Positions 18,087-26,631 of a DNA stretch of 64,000 bases are shown in pieces. The notes beneath the pieces are model-generated. The model saw only the letters and a list, made by a program, of their open reading frames with translations. It was not told where the DNA came from and searched no databases. Where the stretch lies: positions 74,523 to 138,522 of the forward strand of contig CAKZMQ010000018.1 of the NCBI GenBank assembly GCA_937128795.1, written 5' to 3'. The DNA is from an uncultured Solirubrobacterales bacterium. GTDB taxonomy: Bacteria; Actinomycetota; Thermoleophilia; Solirubrobacterales; JACPNS01. Position 1 is the stretch's first letter. Each line of letters opens with the position of its first letter. Made by a program: the position numbers and the translations under genes.

Positions 18087-19142
18087 TTGCCCCGTCGTTC
18101 GCCAGCAACCCGCCTGCTCGCGCTGTTCCTATTCAGCGCAATCCTCGCCATCGCCGCCGGCTGTGGCGAAAAAGAAGAAACCGTCAATCCCGACGAGGTC
18201 CGCAACGACCGCCTCGTCGTGCTGCTCGACTGGTACCCGAACGCAAACCACGCGGGCATCTACCAAGCTGTCGAGGACGGCAGCTTCGACAAGCGCGCCC
18301 TGCAGGTTGAGCCGCAGGTGCCTTCGGATGCTGCCGCGATCATCAAGCAGGTGGCGGCCGGTCGCGCAGACCTCGGCCTGACCTACGCGAGCTACGTGCT
18401 CGACGCCCGCGAGAACGGGGCAAAAATCAAGGCGATCGGCGCAGTCGTAAACCGACCGCTCAACTCGATCATCTGGCTGAAGAAGTCCGGGATCAAGTCG
18501 ATCAAGGGGCTGCGCGGAAAGACCGTCGGCGTCTCCGGTGACGGCGAGTCGAACACGCTGAACACGATTCTCGCCGCAAACGGTGTGCCAAAGGGTTCGG
18601 TCAAGCAGATCAACGTGAACATGGACCTGCAGCCCGCGTTGGTCAGCCGCAAGGTCGACGCGACGATCACTGGCTACTGGAACGTCGAAGGCGTTCAACT
18701 CAAACAGGCCAAGCGGCCTGCGACTGTGATTCCCGTGGACGAGGCCGGAGTGCCGACCTACGACGAGCTAGTCGTGATTGCCAAGGAGGACAACCTCAAG
18801 GACACCCGCCGCACCGAGACCTACCGCCGATTCTTCGCCGGGCTGGAAGAGGGCACCAAGAACGCCGTCGACGACCCAGCGGCGGCATTCGAGGCGCTGT
18901 CGAAGAACTACAAGGACATTCAGGAGGATGCCGACTTCTACAAGGCGAGCCTGAAGGTGACGCTGCCGATACTCGCCCAGACCAACATTGGCGACAACCC
19001 GTTCGGCTGGATGGATCCGAGCACCTGGTCGAACTACGGCAAATGGATGAAGGACAATGGCGAGCTGACGCAGACCGGCATCAACTACACGGACGCCATC
19101 ACGAACGATTTCCTTCCGGGCGTACCGCCGACCAATCGGTAG
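18087..19142 (+). CDS. thiY: NMT1/THI5-like substrate-binding lipoprotein
   Basis: TTG at 18087, 6 nt after AAGGAG. Lipobox IAAGC. LDWYPNANHAGIYQAVEDGSF is characteristic of NMT1/THI5-ThiY binding proteins. Confidence 0.7.
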   Translation: MPRRSPATRLLALFLFSAILAIAAGCGEKEETVNPDEVRNDRLVVLLDWYPNANHAGIYQAVEDGSFDKRALQVEPQVPSDAAAIIKQVAAGRADLGLTYASYVLDARENGAKIKAIGAVVNRPLNSIIWLKKSGIKSIKGLRGKTVGVSGDGESNTLNTILAANGVPKGSVKQINVNMDLQPALVSRKVDATITGYWNVEGVQLKQAKRPATVIPVDEAGVPTYDELVVIAKEDNLKDTRRTETYRRFFAGLEEGTKNAVDDPAAAFEALSKNYKDIQEDADFYKASLKVTLPILAQTNIGDNPFGWMDPSTWSNYGKWMKDNGELTQTGINYTDAITNDFLPGVPPTNR

Positions 19143-19163
19143 GCGCTCAGCCCGGCCGCCGTC

Positions 19164-19212
19164 AACTGCCGACCATTGCCTTCAGGACGAAGAATGATGG
19201 TCGGCAGTTTTA
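19164..19212 (+). terminator. Candidate terminator hairpin after thiY
   Basis: 13-bp perfect stem AACTGCCGACCAT / ATGGTCGGCAGTT with a 20-nt loop, followed by TTAGG. The run of T is only about 4 counting the stem end. The long loop lowers confidence. Confidence 0.45.
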
Positions 19213-19383
19213 GGTAATTGCGGCAGCTGCCGATACGAAAACCTGCATTGCAATCGACCGCGGTCGGCATTACTCTCCAGTAACCGACCGGGGCATCGCA
19301 GTATCAGCAACACAAGTACGCAGGGCAGACAATTGAGGTCGGAACTGAGCGCGGCCAGGACACCGCGGAAGGAGACTTGACGA

Positions 19384-20658
19384 ATGTCGAGCATTTCACG
19401 CTCGCTGCGTCACGCACTCATATTTGGCGCAGTATTGGCGGCATTCGCGCTGCCGGCCGCCGCACGCGCCGACACAGTCACCTCCACGATTGAGCCGCCG
19501 GTGTTTTCGCTCGGCAGCATCGACGGCGTGGCCGGTTGGTCGAGCTTTGGCGTCGCCGGTTTCGGTTGCGCGATCTACGACCACCGGGTGTCGTCGCTCT
19601 CGGCGGTCGGCCTGAACATGAACTCGACGTATGCGAAGACTTTCGGCAGCCGCGCGCTGCGCATCAGCAACGGCGTCACCAGCGGTTGCTTCAGCGACCA
19701 GACGTTCAGCCCGTCGGTCCCGAACGAAGCCGGCGAGGCCGCTGCCGCGTCATACGGGTTCTCCGGTGGCGAGCGGCAGAGTTGGTTCGAGTCTGCGTTC
19801 ACGATCGCCAGCGCCAATCCGATATTGCCCCAGCTCGGTCTTTCGATGAGCGTCAGCCCAGACCGCGGCGATGGCGCGCGCATGAGTTACCTGCGATTCG
19901 AGGATCGGCCAGCGGGAATCGCCGTGTTCTTCGACGACTTCGATGCGAGCGTGTCTGAGTTTCGCGACATCCAGATCGCCACGCTCGATCGCAGCATCCC
20001 CCATCGCGTGAAGTTTCGGATCGATTTCGAGGATGGTCCCGGCAACGATCGCGTAAAGATCACGATTGATGGCGCCGATGTCTCGCCGCCAAACGCGACG
20101 ACCTGGGAGGACTACTCGCGGTTGCTCGGCGACCAGCCGCCGACCGTCGACTCGCTGCTTTTCCGCACCAGCGGCACGGCTTCGTTGCTTGCACTGGGCG
20201 GCGGCTTTTTGATCGACAACGTCGCAACCACGACGCCTGCTGTGGGTGCAACCGGCCCGCCGGGCGAGCCCGGAAACGACGGCGTGCCGGGCCCGGCCGG
20301 CCCATCGGGTACGGACCCGACCGGCGCAGGCGGCGGGATTTCGGCGGATGAACCACTGACTGCGAAGGCCTCGACGCGACTGGCACCGAAAAAACTCCGC
20401 CGTCGCGGTTCGCGCGTGCGCGTTCCGTTGTTGTGCGTGACCGCTGACGACTCGCACTGTATTGGGACTATCGAGATCCGCAATCGCTCGCGGCGCTTGA
20501 TCTCATCGCGCGGATTCTCGCTGAAGGCGGGTCGGCGCACACTGAGTCTGCGGACGACCAGGAAGGTCCGTAAAAACTCCCGCGTTCGAGTGACCATTCG
20601 CACCTATCAGCCGAACGGCGATACCTGGCGAACGACAAAGTACCGCCGAGTTCGCTGA
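19384..20658 (+). CDS. Secreted protein with a short collagen-like G-X-Y tract and an Arg/Lys-rich beta-type C-terminal domain
   Basis: Signal peptide ALIFGAVLAAFALPAAARA. Eight G-X-Y triplets (GATGPPGEPGNDGVPGPAGPSGTD). The C-terminal FSLKAGRRTLSL...RVRVTIRTY resembles the C-terminus of the 8170..9471 protein. Confidence 0.6.
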   Translation: MSSISRSLRHALIFGAVLAAFALPAAARADTVTSTIEPPVFSLGSIDGVAGWSSFGVAGFGCAIYDHRVSSLSAVGLNMNSTYAKTFGSRALRISNGVTSGCFSDQTFSPSVPNEAGEAAAASYGFSGGERQSWFESAFTIASANPILPQLGLSMSVSPDRGDGARMSYLRFEDRPAGIAVFFDDFDASVSEFRDIQIATLDRSIPHRVKFRIDFEDGPGNDRVKITIDGADVSPPNATTWEDYSRLLGDQPPTVDSLLFRTSGTASLLALGGGFLIDNVATTTPAVGATGPPGEPGNDGVPGPAGPSGTDPTGAGGGISADEPLTAKASTRLAPKKLRRRGSRVRVPLLCVTADDSHCIGTIEIRNRSRRLISSRGFSLKAGRRTLSLRTTRKVRKNSRVRVTIRTYQPNGDTWRTTKYRRVR

Positions 20659-20749
20659 ACGCGCCCGCCGCGCCATCTGAGCGCGGATACCCGCGCGCCG
20701 CCTTCAAAGATCGTGAAACCCGCAGACCCGACAGGCAAGGGCTAGTGCG

Positions 20750-20795
20750 CCGCATGCCCTGTCCAAGCGGCGCGCTGCATGGACAGGGCATGCGG
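20750..20795. terminator. Strong hairpin between convergent genes (possible factor-independent, U-tract-less bidirectional terminator)
   Basis: 15-bp perfect stem CCGCATGCCCTGTCC / GGACAGGGCATGCGG with a 16-nt loop. There is no T-run on either side. Confidence 0.35.
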
Positions 20796-20929
20796 CAAAA
20801 TCTCGCTCAACCATGGGCCTATTCCATGCAACAGCGAAAAGGATTGAAGCGAAGCGCGGATTGAATTTGGGCCGTGGCCGGATCGGGGCGTTGCGCGCGC
20901 GAGTTAATCGTGCGCGGAGTCCGGACGGC

Positions 20930-21319
20930 TCAGCGGTTGCCGTTGCCCTTGAGCAGGTGCACGTCGATCAAGAAGGACTGTGACTGCAGGATGTCCTTCT
21001 TGCGGCGTCGGGACAACCCGGGCGTCGGTTTGGCCATATTTTTGGCGACCGCAGCCACCGCGATCGTTGCCGCGCCGGCGACCACACCACCTGCCGTGGC
21101 GACCGCGACCGAGCGGACCGCCAACTCGCGGTCGGACTTCTTCGCCACTGCGCGTACATCGGCAGCTTCGGGCACAGCCGCACTGCGCGGGATCGCTGCG
21201 TTGCCGGGCGCGTTGCCGGGTGTGGCGTTTGGCTCGTCGCCCTCAGCAACCTCCGCGTCGATCACGATTTCTTCCTCGATCGAGCTGGATGACCGGCTGA
21301 AGGGCGCGGAGAAATTCAT
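20930..21319 (-). CDS. Hypothetical single-pass membrane protein
   Basis: 129 aa. Third-position GC is high in this frame. Central hydrophobic stretch VAVATAGGVVAGAATIAVAAVA. Preferred over the overlapping plus-strand ORF 20874..21332. Confidence 0.5.
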   Translation of the reverse strand: MNFSAPFSRSSSSIEEEIVIDAEVAEGDEPNATPGNAPGNAAIPRSAAVPEAADVRAVAKKSDRELAVRSVAVATAGGVVAGAATIAVAAVAKNMAKPTPGLSRRRKKDILQSQSFLIDVHLLKGNGNR

Positions 21320-21442
21320 CCCCGCAGTCTAACCATCGATCTGGCCGGTGAACCCGCCACTTGACAGACGTTCTTATAACCGGTACAGTTGTACCACTTC
21401 GGCGGCGAACTATCTGCCGCCAGACATCAATGGAGGGGGACC

Positions 21443-22645
21443 ATGGATTCAGATTCACGCCGCAGGCTGCGGCAAAAAGCGCTCGTCGTCGCAATCGGCG
21501 GCCTGCTGGCGATGCTCGCCTTGGCTACTGCCGGCCCGGCTGCAGCGATCACCGAGCCCGACGCCGATTCGTTCTATGACGCGCCGGCGAACATCGCCGC
21601 GAAATCGCCCGGCACGATCCTCAGGCAGCGATCGGTCACGACGCGCGGGCTGGGGATCCCGCTCCCGGTCAGGACAACTCAGATGCTCGTTCGTTCGACC
21701 AACGCAAAGGGTCAGCCGACGACGGTCGTGACGACGCTGATGGTTCCGTTGACCTGGTCGTTTGGGAAGCGCCCACTGCTCTCGTACCAACCGGCGATCG
21801 ACAGCCTCGGCGACCAATGCAATCCGTCCTACACGCTGAGAACCGGGTTGGAGAAAGAGCTGCCGTTGATGGCGATGGGCCTGCTCAAGGGATGGGCCGT
21901 CGTCGTCACTGACTACCAAGGTCCCAATGACGCGTTCGCTGCCGGCCGGATGGAAGGCCAAGGCGTGCTCGACGGCATACGGGCCGCGCAGAAGCTCTCG
22001 ACGGCGAGACTTTCCGGCACCAAAGTCGGTCTCTGGGGCTACTCGGGCGGCGGCCTGGCGTCGGGCTGGGCGGCAGAACTCGCGCCGAGCTATGCGCCGG
22101 AGCTGAAGATCGTCGGCCTCGCCGCCGGCGGCATGCCGTCCGACCTCCAGGCCGCCGGGCTGCAGATGGACGAGGGACCGTTCGCGGGATTGTTTCTAGC
22201 CGCGGCAGTCGGACTCAGTCGTGAGTATCCCGAACTGTTGGCGATCCTCAACCCGCGCGGAATGAAGTTGATTGAGGCGATGGACGACATGTGCCTGATC
22301 GAGGAGGTCGCTTCCGGTCTGTTCAAGAAGCTGCGCGACCACACGACCGTTCCCGACCCATTGCACGATCCGGTCGTCACCAATGTGCTCGATCTGAACA
22401 AGATGGGCGTCGGCGCCAGCGCTCCAAGAACGCCGGTATTTCTTTACCACTCGGCGTTCGACGAGCTGATTCCATACTCGAGTGCGCAAGCAGTTCGCGG
22501 TCGGTGGTGCCGAAACGGTACGCGGGTGAAGTTCAAGACCGATTATCTGAGCGAGCACAACATCCTCGCCGTGACAGGCGGCCCGGCAGCCGTCGCATAT
22601 CTCGCAGATCGATTCAGAGGTGCCACTCCCCCCAGCAACTGTTGA
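21443..22645 (+). CDS. Secretory lipase (LIP family)
   Basis: Trimmed to the ATG at 21443, after GGAGGGGGA. Signal peptide ALVVAIGGLLAMLALATAGPAAA. DSFYDAPANIAAKSPGTILRQR, VTDYQGP and the nucleophile elbow GYSGGG match the LIP-type family. Confidence 0.8.
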   Translation: MDSDSRRRLRQKALVVAIGGLLAMLALATAGPAAAITEPDADSFYDAPANIAAKSPGTILRQRSVTTRGLGIPLPVRTTQMLVRSTNAKGQPTTVVTTLMVPLTWSFGKRPLLSYQPAIDSLGDQCNPSYTLRTGLEKELPLMAMGLLKGWAVVVTDYQGPNDAFAAGRMEGQGVLDGIRAAQKLSTARLSGTKVGLWGYSGGGLASGWAAELAPSYAPELKIVGLAAGGMPSDLQAAGLQMDEGPFAGLFLAAAVGLSREYPELLAILNPRGMKLIEAMDDMCLIEEVASGLFKKLRDHTTVPDPLHDPVVTNVLDLNKMGVGASAPRTPVFLYHSAFDELIPYSSAQAVRGRWCRNGTRVKFKTDYLSEHNILAVTGGPAAVAYLADRFRGATPPSNC

Positions 22646-22650
22646 CCACT

Positions 22651-23295
22651 TCAATCCCTGTCGGTGAGGCCCGCGAAGCGTTTCCGCAGCTCATCCTCGT
22701 CCATCACACTGGCCACCAAGTGCGCGCGCAGCGCGTTGTACAGCCCGGAGATGTCGGCATCTCGACCGCGCGAGCGGGCCATTCGGTGCAGGGCGAAGCC
22801 GTCGATGATCGCGATCACGCCCTCGGCGGCGAGCTGCGGATCGCGCACGCCAACACCTGCAAGCGTCGCGGCGGCGAGCCCCTCAAACGAAGCGAGCGCC
22901 TCCTCGACCGGAGCGCGCATTGCCGGGGTACGACTGGCTTCGAGGTAGAACTCGAAAAGGCTGAGCACGGCTTCTTCAGGGCGATCGACCAACGTTGCGA
23001 GCAGTCGATCGACGAACTTTGCGTCGAGATCGCCGCTGCTGCGAACGCTCTCTGTAAGGGCGTTCATCTCTGCAACGCGCTCGGCGACGTGCATTTGAAG
23101 TGCCTGCTCGATCATCTCCTCGCGAGAAGTGAAGTAGTAGGTCGTCGACGCAACAGGCAGATTCGCGTACTCGGCGACGGCGCGATGCGTGACGCCTTTG
23201 GTGCCGTGCTCGGCCATCACAGCGACCGTGGCTCGCAGCAACTCCTCGCGTCGCCGCCTGCTGCGCTCTTGACTGGGCTTTGTCGAGATCGCCAC
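22651..23295 (-). CDS. TetR-family transcriptional regulator
   Basis: N-terminal HTH: RRREELLRATVAVMAEHGTKGVTHRAVAEYANLPVASTTYYFTSREEM. Confidence 0.9.
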   Translation of the reverse strand: MAISTKPSQERSRRRREELLRATVAVMAEHGTKGVTHRAVAEYANLPVASTTYYFTSREEMIEQALQMHVAERVAEMNALTESVRSSGDLDAKFVDRLLATLVDRPEEAVLSLFEFYLEASRTPAMRAPVEEALASFEGLAAATLAGVGVRDPQLAAEGVIAIIDGFALHRMARSRGRDADISGLYNALRAHLVASVMDEDELRKRFAGLTDRD

Positions 23296-23302
23296 CGCCG
23301 AG

Positions 23303-24433
23303 CTATCCCAACTCGCGTTCGTAGAGCCTGAAACGCTTGATAACGGTGCAGCCGAGCGCCTCGGCGGATTTGTTCATCGGGCGATTGTTCTCGAGAATCC
23401 AGCCCATCGTGCCGCCGACGACACCGGTTCGTTCGGCGGCATCGAGGTGCTCGATGTAGAGCTTTGCCGCCAGCCCGGTGGTGCGATAGCGCTGCTTGAC
23501 ACCCAGCGCGAAGACGCGCACGCGGTCGATCTTGCGGCGATACCAGAGAAACTTCAGCCAGCCGAACGGCAGCAGTCGTCCGTTGAGGTGCTTGAGCACT
23601 TGGTTGTAGTCCGGCAGTGTCAGCGCCGCACCAGCATTGTCGCCGTCATTGGCGACGATCACGAACGCCCAGTTCTTGTCAAGGATCGGCAACAACGTCT
23701 TTGCGTAGTGGCGCACCTCCTTGTCGGTCAGCGGCACGAAGCCCCAGTTCTTCTCCCAGGACTCGTTGTAGATGTCGAGGAAGCGATCGACGTCGGCGTT
23801 GAGCGTGCGGCGCGAGAAGCGTTTGAAGCGGTAGCTCGACTCATCGACGCGGTCGGCCGCGATGTAGACCGCCGGGCGCACCTTTTCCTTGTCGGTGATC
23901 TCCATCTTGTACATCAGTAGGTCCATAGCCTTCGCGAATCCCGCGCCCTCGAAGATCTCTGGGTAGTAGCGCTTCGTGTACGGCTCGAGGATCGACGGCG
24001 GGATCTCGAAACCATCGATCAACACGCCGCACTCGTCGTTGGTCGTGTAGCTGAAGGGCCCGACCATGCGATCACGCCCGCGCTCGCGCAGCCACTGCTC
24101 GGCGGCGCCGAACAATGCCGTCGCCGCCTCGACGTCGTGCTCGCATTCGAACCAGCCGAACAGTCCCCAGTCGTTGCCCTGGAACTCGTTGAAGTTGTGG
24201 TCGATGTGGGCACTGATGCGACCAACGACGCGATCGCCGCGGCGGGCGAGAAAGAACTCGGCCTCGGAGTGCTCGAACCAGGGGTTCTTCTTGCGGTTGA
24301 GCTGATCCTTGATGTCCATCCGCAGCGGTGCCACCCACAGCGGATCGTCTGCGTAGAGCCTGTATGGGAGGTCGATGAAGGCTTTGAGGTCGGCCTTTCC
24401 CCGAACGGCCGCAACGTCGATAGGATCGCTCAC
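23303..24433 (-). CDS. Large GNAT-fold N-acyltransferase-like protein
   Basis: Trimmed from the 537-aa ORF to the GTG at 24433 (VSDPIDVAAVRGKADLKAFIDLPYRLYADDPLWVAPL). The C-terminal FALGVKQRYRTTGLAAKLY is a GNAT acyl-CoA-binding-like motif. The start is uncertain. Confidence 0.6.
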   Translation of the reverse strand: MSDPIDVAAVRGKADLKAFIDLPYRLYADDPLWVAPLRMDIKDQLNRKKNPWFEHSEAEFFLARRGDRVVGRISAHIDHNFNEFQGNDWGLFGWFECEHDVEAATALFGAAEQWLRERGRDRMVGPFSYTTNDECGVLIDGFEIPPSILEPYTKRYYPEIFEGAGFAKAMDLLMYKMEITDKEKVRPAVYIAADRVDESSYRFKRFSRRTLNADVDRFLDIYNESWEKNWGFVPLTDKEVRHYAKTLLPILDKNWAFVIVANDGDNAGAALTLPDYNQVLKHLNGRLLPFGWLKFLWYRRKIDRVRVFALGVKQRYRTTGLAAKLYIEHLDAAERTGVVGGTMGWILENNRPMNKSAEALGCTVIKRFRLYERELG

Positions 24434-24436
24434 GCG

Positions 24437-25750
24437 GTGGACTCTACAAGCACCACAGACGCGCCCGACATCGACGGCGGCGGCGCTCCGAGCGGCCCGG
24501 CGGTCGACCTCTTCGAGCGCGCTCGCAATCACGAGCGCGCCGAGATCATCGCTGCTGCGCGCGAGCACGACATGCTGCCGTTCTTCAGGCTGCTCGAAGG
24601 CCCGGCCGGGCCGGTCGTGCAGATGGAGGGCCGTGAGCGCGTGATGCTCGGCTCGAACAACTACCTTGGACTGACCGGCGACGATCGCGTGATTGCCGGC
24701 GCGCGCGACGCGCTCGACAAGTTCGGCACGGCGCTGACGGGTTCGCGACTGCTCAACGGCACGATCGACATCCACACCGAGCTCGAGCGCGAGATCGCCG
24801 ACTGGATGGGCACCGGCGACGCGATCGTCTTCACCACCGGCTATCAAGCCAATCTCGGCGCACTCTCTGCCCTGCTTGAGGCATCTGACACCGTAATTTG
24901 TGATGCCGGCGACCACGCTTCGCTACTCGACGGAATCGCCCTTTCCGGCGCGAAGGTGCGGCCGTTTCGCCACGGCAGGCTGGACAAGCTCGAAACGATG
25001 CTCGACCGCGCCCAGAGCGATGGCGGCGGCGTACTCGTGGTCGTGGACGGCGTCTATTCGATGGAGGGCGACATCGGCGATCTGCCGTTGATCGCAGAAC
25101 TGACCAAGAAATACGGCGCGCGACTGATGGTCGATGAGGCTCACGGCGTGGGAGTGCTCGGCGAACGCGGAGCGGGAGCGTGCGAACTACTCGGCATCGA
25201 AGACCGTGTCGACCTGCGTATGGGCACCTTCTCGAAGTCGCTCGCCAGCTGCGGCGGTTTCATCGCCGGCGACGCCGAGATCATCGACTTTCTTCGTTTG
25301 CACGCACGGTCGTTCCTGTTCACCGCGAGCGCCGTACCGGCGGCGATCGGCTCGGCGCTCGCCGCCGTCAAAGTCGCCAAGACCGACGAGGGCAAAGCAC
25401 TGATGGCACGCGTGCTGGCGAACGCCGAGTATCTCTGGACGACGCTCAACGACGCGAACGTGCGAGTGGTCGACCCGGGCATGGAGCTGGCCGAGAAGTA
25501 CGCGATCAAGCCCTACACCCCGATCGTGCCGATCCTCGTCGGCGAGGATTGGGAGGCCGGATTGGTCTGGAAAGAGCTATACGACGCCGGTGTGTACGCG
25601 AATGTCGCGATGTACCCGGCAGTGCCACGCGGAGGCGCCTTGCTGCGCACAAGCGTGATGGCGACGCACGAAAAGGCGCACCTCGACCAGGCGATCGAGG
25701 CGATCCTGAAGGTTGCCGAAGCTCACCCGGCGATGCTTCGAGCAGGCTGA
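24437..25750 (+). CDS. PLP-dependent alpha-oxoamine synthase, serine-palmitoyltransferase-like
   Basis: Trimmed to the GTG at 24437 (start uncertain). SNNYLGL, GSRLLNGTIDIHTELEREIADWMG, VRPFRHGRLDKLETML and the PLP lysine motif GTFSKSLASCGGF track the Sphingomonas SPT sequence as I recall it more closely than E. coli Kbl. Confidence 0.8.
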   Translation: MDSTSTTDAPDIDGGGAPSGPAVDLFERARNHERAEIIAAAREHDMLPFFRLLEGPAGPVVQMEGRERVMLGSNNYLGLTGDDRVIAGARDALDKFGTALTGSRLLNGTIDIHTELEREIADWMGTGDAIVFTTGYQANLGALSALLEASDTVICDAGDHASLLDGIALSGAKVRPFRHGRLDKLETMLDRAQSDGGGVLVVVDGVYSMEGDIGDLPLIAELTKKYGARLMVDEAHGVGVLGERGAGACELLGIEDRVDLRMGTFSKSLASCGGFIAGDAEIIDFLRLHARSFLFTASAVPAAIGSALAAVKVAKTDEGKALMARVLANAEYLWTTLNDANVRVVDPGMELAEKYAIKPYTPIVPILVGEDWEAGLVWKELYDAGVYANVAMYPAVPRGGALLRTSVMATHEKAHLDQAIEAILKVAEAHPAMLRAG

Positions 25751-25981
25751 TCCCCGGTTTGGTTTAGGTTCGTTGGGGCGAGCACCCGCGTTGTGTCACA
25801 GCGAATATGTGCGGCTTGACGTGCGCATCGGACGTACTTTGATTGTCCAATTTTTCACAAACTATCCGGGGCACAATTTTCCCGCTCTAAGCGAGTTTTA
25901 AAAACGCCGGAGTTACAAAATCGAAACAATCCTGCGTATGGTGATCGCTCCGACACGGTCTCAGGCGTCCGCAGGTTGGAC

Positions 25982-26038
25982 AGCCAGTTGGAAACAAGCC
26001 GGGCGCAGGTAGCCGGGTGCGAGTAGCCAGGGGACCAT
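25982..26038 (+). repeat. Four tandem 14-15-nt units beginning AGCC(A/G)G in the mihF-like leader
   Basis: AGCCAGTTGGAAACA / AGCCGGGCGCAGGT / AGCCGGGTGCGAGT / AGCCAGGGGACCAT, read directly. Confidence 0.6.
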
Positions 26039-26178
26039 CTATCGAAGATGCGTGATCGATGCCGGCGGGTGGCCGGGCGGTCCCGCGCGCTCCGATCGAT
26101 GGCGGCGAACGCGAATTGCCGTGCCGGAACTGCTGTGAAGTGTGACCCGTAAACATCGGACTAGGGAGGAAAAACAAA

Positions 26179-26562
26179 GTGGAGAATTCGGCACCGTCAG
26201 CGAGGACCAACGGTCGATCCAATGGCCGCCAGAACATGCGTGCTCTTGAGCAGGCAAACCGGATCAGACTTGCCCGCGCCGAGCTGAAACGCCGGATCGC
26301 CCGAGGCGATGTGGGAGTCGCCGAGGTACTTCTCGATCCATCAGACGAAATCGCCGGCATGGAGATTTCTGAATTGCTCACAAGCCAGAAACGATGGGGC
26401 TCGACCCGTTGCGCCAAATTCATGGACTCGATCGGTCTACAAGAGACGAAAACGATCAGGTCATTGACCGAGCGGCAGCGCTCGGCAATGGCAGCCGTTC
26501 TGCAGGCCGGACGCCCTGCACCAGACCTCGCGGCAGCGGTCGTGTACCGCGCCGCCGCATAA
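26179..26562 (+). CDS. mihF: Actinobacterial-type integration host factor (mIHF-like)
   Basis: GTG start after GGGAGG. ALEQANRIRLARAELKRRIARGDVGVAEVL ... ISELLTSQKRWGSTRCAKFMDSIGLQETKTIRSLTERQRSAMAAVL follows the mIHF pattern. Confidence 0.7.
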   Translation: MENSAPSARTNGRSNGRQNMRALEQANRIRLARAELKRRIARGDVGVAEVLLDPSDEIAGMEISELLTSQKRWGSTRCAKFMDSIGLQETKTIRSLTERQRSAMAAVLQAGRPAPDLAAAVVYRAAA

Positions 26563-26577
26563 AGCCCCTCAGCGCGC

Positions 26578-26611
26578 CGGGCGGATCATCCCCAGTGATG
26601 ATCCGCCCGGA
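26578..26611 (+). terminator. Candidate terminator after mihF-like gene
   Basis: 13-bp perfect stem CCGGGCGGATCAT / ATGATCCGCCCGG with an 8-nt loop. The tail ATTCGCGTT is weak. Confidence 0.5.
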
Positions 26612-26631
26612 TTCGCGTTAGGGTCTTTCAG

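Noticed and set aside
19384-20658. Collagen-like tract as evidence of a prophage tail fibre
   Set aside because: No phage structural, integrase or lysis genes lie nearby. The tract is only eight triplets within a signal-peptide protein.
20874-21332. 152-aa plus-strand ORF overlapping 20930..21319
   Set aside because: The minus-strand frame has the stronger third-position GC bias and a coherent TM segment. The plus-strand product is Ala/Arg/Ser-rich low complexity. Only one of the two can be real.
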